From positions 1 to 64,000 of IMG/VR virus record IMGVR_UViG_3300017971_000274: DNA of 64,000 bases. One strand, given 5' to 3'. This DNA is from an uncultured virus (IMG/VR IMGVR_UViG_3300017971_000274). Taxonomy: Duplodnaviria > Heunggongvirae > Uroviricota > Caudoviricetes. Shown in pieces: positions 58,869 to 64,000 of the stretch. Each line of letters opens with the position of its first letter. Within the stretch, counting starts at the first letter, position 1. Made by a program: the position numbers and the translations under genes. Under the pieces are notes generated by a model, which saw only the letters and a program-made list of their open reading frames with translations, did no database searches and was not told the DNA's origin.

Positions 58869-59507
58869 ATGACATCTTTTGCCATCGGCGGTCAAAGCTC
58901 GGGTGATTTCCGGGAGACTTCCGGTCGCGTGCAACTCCTCCACGTCATGACCCGCAATTCAGTGGGTATGTTGACGCCGGATGCGTTCACGCAAGCGAAT
59001 CCTCCTGTCGTCACCGCAGCCAACACCGTCTCCACGACGCTTTCGGGGATTTCCAAGGTAGGTATCCTTGGTGCCTCGATTGCCTTTACGCGCCCTGATA
59101 TTGGCAACAACTATCATGGCGGACCGGTCAAGATCGGCGGCGATTACAGCGCCACGCTCTTGCCCCTTGGAGTCTATCTCAACGATTCCTTGGGAAACCC
59201 CTTCGAGAACACCCCTGGTGTGGCTTCGGGACGAGGGCCGTATGTGTGCGGTAGCGGCTCCTGTGTTGCGGTCTCGATTTACGAGACGCAGGTCCTACTT
59301 GGCGGTGGTGCTGGAAACCCGATCACGTACGCTCCGGGCCAAAAGCTCTGGGCCAGCGCGAACGGATACCTCACTAACCAACTCGCGGACGCCTATGAGT
59401 ACAACGTCGCAGGTCAGAACGCCATCGAGTTCTGCACCCTGATGGGCGTTGTCAAGGTCGCTCCAGACGCCAACAGTTCGCTACTCGTGCTTGACATGAG
59501 GGCCTAG
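58869..59507 (+). CDS. putative capsid decoration/cement protein
   Basis: Gly-rich beta protein just upstream of the major capsid gene. Confidence 0.6.
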   Translation: MTSFAIGGQSSGDFRETSGRVQLLHVMTRNSVGMLTPDAFTQANPPVVTAANTVSTTLSGISKVGILGASIAFTRPDIGNNYHGGPVKIGGDYSATLLPLGVYLNDSLGNPFENTPGVASGRGPYVCGSGSCVAVSIYETQVLLGGGAGNPITYAPGQKLWASANGYLTNQLADAYEYNVAGQNAIEFCTLMGVVKVAPDANSSLLVLDMRA

Positions 59508-59517
59508 GAGGATAGCC

Positions 59518-60396
59518 ATGGGTCAAGTTTCTAACCAAGTCAAGCAACAAGTCATCAGCGAGTACATCAAGACGGCCGCTGGACGTGCGAAGCTCGCCGC
59601 TTCCATGATTCAACCGCTCCGTCTTCGTCGGGACTACTCGGCCGTTGGTCGCAAGACCTTCCTCGTCGAGCAACTGCCCGACGGTGCGTTGCCGATCTAT
59701 GACAAGGACCCGGATGTCACGGCGTTCGTCGTGGGTGAAGAGGGTGAGAACATTCTCGCCATTCAGAAGCCGCGTCGCGTGATCTTCCCCTTGTTTGAGA
59801 TTGCCTCGAACCCTGAAATCCCCCTGACCCAGATCAAGGAGCGTCGTTTCGATCTCATCGAGCGTGCTCAGGATCTGGCCAAGGCTCAGATTCAGGCGGC
59901 AGAGGACGAGCGTGTGTTTGCAATCCTTGACAGCATCGCTGTCTCGGGCTTCGACACACTTCCGGGCCAGACCAACCCAGACGTACCGGTGGTTGCGCCC
60001 ATTTCGCCCGCAGTGCTCGCTGATGCGTTCGCAGAGGTTGAGAGGCACGATCTCCGTGTCGCTCGCATCTACATGAACGCCGTCGATTACGCGGACATCC
60101 GTAAGTTCGGTCGTGACATTCTGGATATCGAGAGTCAGGCCACCTTGCTCAAGACCGGTCTCCAGGCCGTTCTGTGGGGTGCTCAGATCATCACATCCAG
60201 GCTGGTACCGTCCGGCTTCGCGTATGTTTGCTGCGAGCCTGAGCAGTTCGGCCGTATCCCGGTTCGCACCGAGATCACCGTTCTGTCGGCGGACGATCCG
60301 AAGGCCCGTACCATCGGCTTCTCGTGCTTCGAGAATCTGGGCATCGGTGCTTTCAACCCGCGTGGCCTCACCAGGATCGTGGTCACTCGCGTCTAG
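59518..60396 (+). CDS. major capsid protein (HK97 fold)
   Basis: Strong SD AGGAGG; PLFEIASNP, AQIQAAED, GAQIITS, FENLGIG patterns; followed by a terminator. Confidence 0.8.
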   Translation: MGQVSNQVKQQVISEYIKTAAGRAKLAASMIQPLRLRRDYSAVGRKTFLVEQLPDGALPIYDKDPDVTAFVVGEEGENILAIQKPRRVIFPLFEIASNPEIPLTQIKERRFDLIERAQDLAKAQIQAAEDERVFAILDSIAVSGFDTLPGQTNPDVPVVAPISPAVLADAFAEVERHDLRVARIYMNAVDYADIRKFGRDILDIESQATLLKTGLQAVLWGAQIITSRLVPSGFAYVCCEPEQFGRIPVRTEITVLSADDPKARTIGFSCFENLGIGAFNPRGLTRIVVTRV

Positions 60397-60419
60397 TCGT
60401 AAGGCTGGAACATTCCCTC

Positions 60420-60453
60420 AAAGGCCGATCCTCCGGGGTCGGCCTTTGTATTT
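60420..60453 (+). terminator. intrinsic terminator
   Basis: AAAGGCCGATCC-TCCG-GGGTCGGCCTTT plus T-rich tail. Confidence 0.8.
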
Positions 60454-60481
60454 AACCCTTTCATCTCTCGACTAAGACAAG

Positions 60482-60772
60482 ATGCGCCAGCGAGTCCTAA
60501 ACAGGTTCTTGACTGCTCAACAATCCAAGGAAACCAGGACCTATACCGTCACTAGCGCTCCGGATATGCTCGACCGACTTGAGAAGGTCATGGTCACGAT
60601 GAGTATGCTTGGCGGCTGGGGCGCAAGCCGTGAAGTCCGGTTCGGTTGGGATGGAGACGGGGCTGATTATTTGGATGTGAAAGAGCTTAAGAAAAAGAGC
60701 GTCGAGGACCTGAATAAAGAGACCGAGAGCGACACGGTGAACGTGGACGCCCTCAAGCTAGTCGAGAAATAA
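60482..60772 (+). CDS. hypothetical protein (RVLNRF N-terminus)
   Basis: Shared N-terminal motif. Confidence 0.7.
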   Translation: MRQRVLNRFLTAQQSKETRTYTVTSAPDMLDRLEKVMVTMSMLGGWGASREVRFGWDGDGADYLDVKELKKKSVEDLNKETESDTVNVDALKLVEK

Positions 60773-60773
60773 T

Positions 60774-61418
60774 ATGCCTACAGCCAGTCGAGTTGCCGAA
60801 CGGTATGTCGCCGCCTACAGAGGGCGGATCACATTACCTCGTTCCTCTTATCTACCCCCGGAGGTTCGGGGCACCGACCCCTACATCCCCAAGGGGACAG
60901 ACATGGCTGTTTGGACCTATGAAGTTCCGAGGGGCAGCAAGATCAAGTACTTCGCCATAGGTTTCGTGGGCAAGCAGAACAAGCCTCTTTTCCATTACAG
61001 CTACCGGGACGAGAGGCATCGGGAGCGAGAGATAGAAGAGAGAGCCAAGGATCGTAGAGAGCAGTTGGAAGCCAAGGAGAAGAGGCGGCAGGAGAGGCTT
61101 AAGTTTCAACACAGCCTTAACGTCGGGGATATTCTTTACTCGTCGTGGGGGTACGACCAGACCAATATCGACTTCTATGAAGTCACGAAGGTCATTGGCC
61201 CCAAGTTCGTAGAAATCCGTGGGCTTGCCCAAAAGACAGTCCGGCAGGACCAGACGGCTGATTATGTAGTACCTATCCCAGGTCGGTACGCCAGAAACTC
61301 CAAGCCCATGAAGAAGCGTGTAAAGCCGGGCGACTCTGTTAAGATCACCAGCTACGCCAGCGCCCATAAGTGGGGCGGCAAACCCTTGTACCAAACAAGC
61401 CCGTTGTACGGTCACTAA
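60774..61418 (+). CDS. hypothetical protein (RVAERY N-terminus)
   Basis: Shared motif; VGDILYSSWGYDQTNIDFY domain. Confidence 0.75.
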   Translation: MPTASRVAERYVAAYRGRITLPRSSYLPPEVRGTDPYIPKGTDMAVWTYEVPRGSKIKYFAIGFVGKQNKPLFHYSYRDERHREREIEERAKDRREQLEAKEKRRQERLKFQHSLNVGDILYSSWGYDQTNIDFYEVTKVIGPKFVEIRGLAQKTVRQDQTADYVVPIPGRYARNSKPMKKRVKPGDSVKITSYASAHKWGGKPLYQTSPLYGH

Positions 61419-62026
61419 TGGGTGTTTCAGCCAAACGTATTGTGGCGCGATTCTTACGCGCCGACGCTGATCTCCCTACTAAGGAGATGAAGGACTGGTT
61501 TGACAAGAGAACCAGCGAGCACATCAAGAGGGTCCAGAAATACTGCCGGAAGATCGAGAAGCACGACCCTAAGAAGTTCAAGGGTCTAACTGATCAGGCC
61601 AAGGACCACGACCAGAGTAAACTCAAGAAGCCGGAAATCGATCCTTACATTTGGATCACGTGGCAGTACAAGTGTAAGGATGACGGCAAGGACTTCGACA
61701 CTCCCGAGGGCCTTGAAGACAAGATGAATGCTGCGACGGAGCATCATGTCAAAAACAACCGGCACCACCCCGAGTTCCACTGCACCAAGAAAGTGGATCT
61801 GATAAATCGCGACGACCGGGATAAGCCTCCGTCTGAAATGGTGGATGCGACCAAGATGCCCGACCTGGATGTCGCAGAGATGTGCGCCGACTGGTTGGCT
61901 ATGTCAGAAGAGAAGAAGAGTGATCCGAAGAAGTGGGCCGACAAGAACGTGAACGTCAGATGGAAGTTCACGGGCGACCAGAAGGATTTGATCTACCAAC
62001 TCATCTCTTCTATCAAGGTCGAGTAG
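61418..62026 (+). CDS. HD-like metal-binding protein (RIVARF N-terminus)
   Basis: EHI, HDQSK, HHVKNNRHHPE, EMCADW. Confidence 0.7.
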   Translation: MGVSAKRIVARFLRADADLPTKEMKDWFDKRTSEHIKRVQKYCRKIEKHDPKKFKGLTDQAKDHDQSKLKKPEIDPYIWITWQYKCKDDGKDFDTPEGLEDKMNAATEHHVKNNRHHPEFHCTKKVDLINRDDRDKPPSEMVDATKMPDLDVAEMCADWLAMSEEKKSDPKKWADKNVNVRWKFTGDQKDLIYQLISSIKVE

Positions 62027-62052
62027 GTTTTGGTTTATAGGAGCATATAGGT

Positions 62053-62454
62053 ATGACTATCAAGATTTCCGCTGAGCGCGTCCTTCAACGATACTCAAAG
62101 GGATTGCCCCCCGAGTTCTTGGAGCAACAGAAGAAGATGAAGGAAAAATCCAAGGGCAAGGACGACGGTAAGAAAGACGACAGCAAGAAGGACGACAAAG
62201 ACGACGGCAAGAAGAAAGAGAAAGGTAAAGGAAAGATCCCGCCTCAGTTCTTAGCGCAACAGAAGAAGAACAAGGAGAAGGGCAAGGAGGCGGCCATCCC
62301 TAAGAGCAAAGCATACAGCGCCGTGGATGAGAGCGATGTCATTCAGGAACAAGGCAGTAAGCGGGACATGCTCAAGGTCGTCAAAAAGAACCGGGACAAA
62401 GGGTGGTATTTGGGTTTTACGACCAGTAAGAATGTGGGGGACAAGTTCCAATAG
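62053..62454 (+). CDS. Lys-rich hypothetical protein (RVLQRY N-terminus)
   Basis: Shared motif; repeated PPxFLxQQKK. Confidence 0.7.
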   Translation: MTIKISAERVLQRYSKGLPPEFLEQQKKMKEKSKGKDDGKKDDSKKDDKDDGKKKEKGKGKIPPQFLAQQKKNKEKGKEAAIPKSKAYSAVDESDVIQEQGSKRDMLKVVKKNRDKGWYLGFTTSKNVGDKFQ

Positions 62455-62472
62455 CACGGTGTAGTCCAGCAC

Positions 62473-63129
62473 GTGCATCCCTCTTGGAAAACCGCTTTAG
62501 GCTCCGAATTCAAGAAGCCCTACTTCCAAGCTCTCGTCAATTTCGTAAGACAAGAACGAGCAACAACCACCGTATACCCACCGTCCGGGGCTGTTTTCGC
62601 AGCGTTTAACGCCACGCCTCTCGACGAGGTCCGCGTTCTTATCCTGGGGCAAGACCCGTACCATGGTCGGAAGCAAGCCCACGGCTTGTGCTTCTCTGTT
62701 CTACCGGAAACGTTGGCTCCTCCTAGTCTCCAAAACATATTCAAGGAGCTTCGGAGCGATGTTGGTTGCCCTATCCCTACCCACGGCCACCTACTCAAGT
62801 GGGCTGAACAGGGCGTGTTTCTCCTCAACTCTGTCTTGACCGTGAGAGCGCACGCGGCCGGATCTCATCGAGACCAGGGGTGGGAGACATTCACCGACGC
62901 GGTGATCAGACTCTTGAGTGACCGGGACCGCCCGATGGTCTTTGTCCTTTGGGGTCGTTACGCGAGAGACAAGGCGTCTCTTATTGACGCCGAGAAACAC
63001 GTGGTTGTCGAGTCAGCGCATCCAAGTCCTATGAGCGCAAACAAGGGATTCTTCGGAAGCAAGCCTTTTTCAAAGGTGAACGTCGCCCTCGAAATGTTCG
63101 GGGGTCGGCCCATCGATTGGCGTCTTTAA
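62473..63129 (+). CDS. ung: uracil-DNA glycosylase (family 1)
   Basis: GQDPYH, PPSL, LLN, HPSP. Confidence 0.96.
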   Translation: MHPSWKTALGSEFKKPYFQALVNFVRQERATTTVYPPSGAVFAAFNATPLDEVRVLILGQDPYHGRKQAHGLCFSVLPETLAPPSLQNIFKELRSDVGCPIPTHGHLLKWAEQGVFLLNSVLTVRAHAAGSHRDQGWETFTDAVIRLLSDRDRPMVFVLWGRYARDKASLIDAEKHVVVESAHPSPMSANKGFFGSKPFSKVNVALEMFGGRPIDWRL

Positions 63130-63184
63130 TAGTTTATTTATCGTTTTTCAGAAGGGGCGGTTCTTACCTCGAATGGAGATTACA

Positions 63185-64000
63185 ATGGAGATCAAATATA
63201 AATCAGGCGATTTCAATAGTTTCACAGCTACTCGTAGCTTTGCTTTAGGTGCTTTCGACATAACTGTCGCAAAGGACTCGGAAGTAGAGTTCGACGGCTC
63301 AACCGTTAAATACGCTGGGGCGGAATATAACTTCCCTCAACTTCGGAGCGCTGTCACGGCTGAATGGATTGTGCCTTCCGAGGTCTATGAGGAAGACAAC
63401 CCTGATTATGGTAGGCCGGTTTCGGCCAACATCAAGGTTCGTCCAGCCACGAGTGATGACGGGGAAGCCAAACCCATCGAACCTGTTACAACTGACTCGG
63501 ACGAACAGGTTGTGATGAGCACCGCTGAGCACGCTTCTTCTACTCAGAAGAAGAACAAGGCGGCGCGGTCCAAAATGGGCGGTAAGTCAAAGGTGGGCAC
63601 GGAGGTAGTCGAGCCTCAGGACGGGGTTCCGGTTCGAGCCTTGAAGACAGCGGCTAAATCCAAGAGCCAGTTGACGGCAGAGTCCGCTGGTTCGGCCCTC
63701 AGGGAAGCGGAGAATGTCCAGATCGATCCGGGCGAGGGTATCTCAGAAGAAGAGGCCCTGGAACGTATGACCCCAGAGGATCGGGAGGCTTACCTGGAGA
63801 AGAAGCGTTCTCTGCGCTCGCAGTATATTACTTCCGACAAAGACCAGCCTACCAAGGTGGCCACGGTCAAGGGTAAGAAGAAGCAGGAGAAGGAGGGGAT
63901 GAAGCTTACCCAGGAGGTCGGTGGCGGCACTGCGGTGGCGGACCCCACAAGCGGTGACGGCAAGGCCAAGGAGGCCGTCCGGGAAGAAGACGGTATTACG
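63185..64000 (+). CDS. hypothetical protein, 3'-partial
   Basis: Manually read MEIKYKSGDF... after GGAG, open to the window end. Confidence 0.7.
   Translation, partial: MEIKYKSGDFNSFTATRSFALGAFDITVAKDSEVEFDGSTVKYAGAEYNFPQLRSAVTAEWIVPSEVYEEDNPDYGRPVSANIKVRPATSDDGEAKPIEPVTTDSDEQVVMSTAEHASSTQKKNKAARSKMGGKSKVGTEVVEPQDGVPVRALKTAAKSKSQLTAESAGSALREAENVQIDPGEGISEEEALERMTPEDREAYLEKKRSLRSQYITSDKDQPTKVATVKGKKKQEKEGMKLTQEVGGGTAVADPTSGDGKAKEAVREEDGIT

Overview
This 64-kb window is part of a large (jumbo-type) tailed dsDNA phage genome, with almost all genes on the + strand. Order: (1) an accessory block, 0.4-7 kb: Ro60/TROVE-like vWA protein, an unknown Cys-containing protein, JAB protease, ubiquitin-like protein and ThiF/E1 enzyme, followed directly by five tandem ncRNAs sharing one RNA module, four of them joined to tRNA bodies in different topologies; (2) tRNAs, HNH nucleases, a second vWA protein and GroEL; (3) replication/recombination genes (HolB, HolA, NrdJ, NAD ligase, RecD2, DEDDh exonuclease, SSB-like, RuvC-like, RecA, split SbcC/Rad50, SbcD, PD-(D/E)XK nuclease, clamp-like, primase, DnaX, NusG-5'-3' exonuclease fusion, sigma-like); (4) head morphogenesis (terminase, portal, protease, scaffold, decoration, major capsid) plus small probable internal virion proteins and UNG. 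The best candidate for a new system is the Ro60-like / ubiquitin-like conjugation locus with its Y-RNA-like/tRNA hybrid array. All calls come from motif recognition and manual base-pairing; no searches were run.
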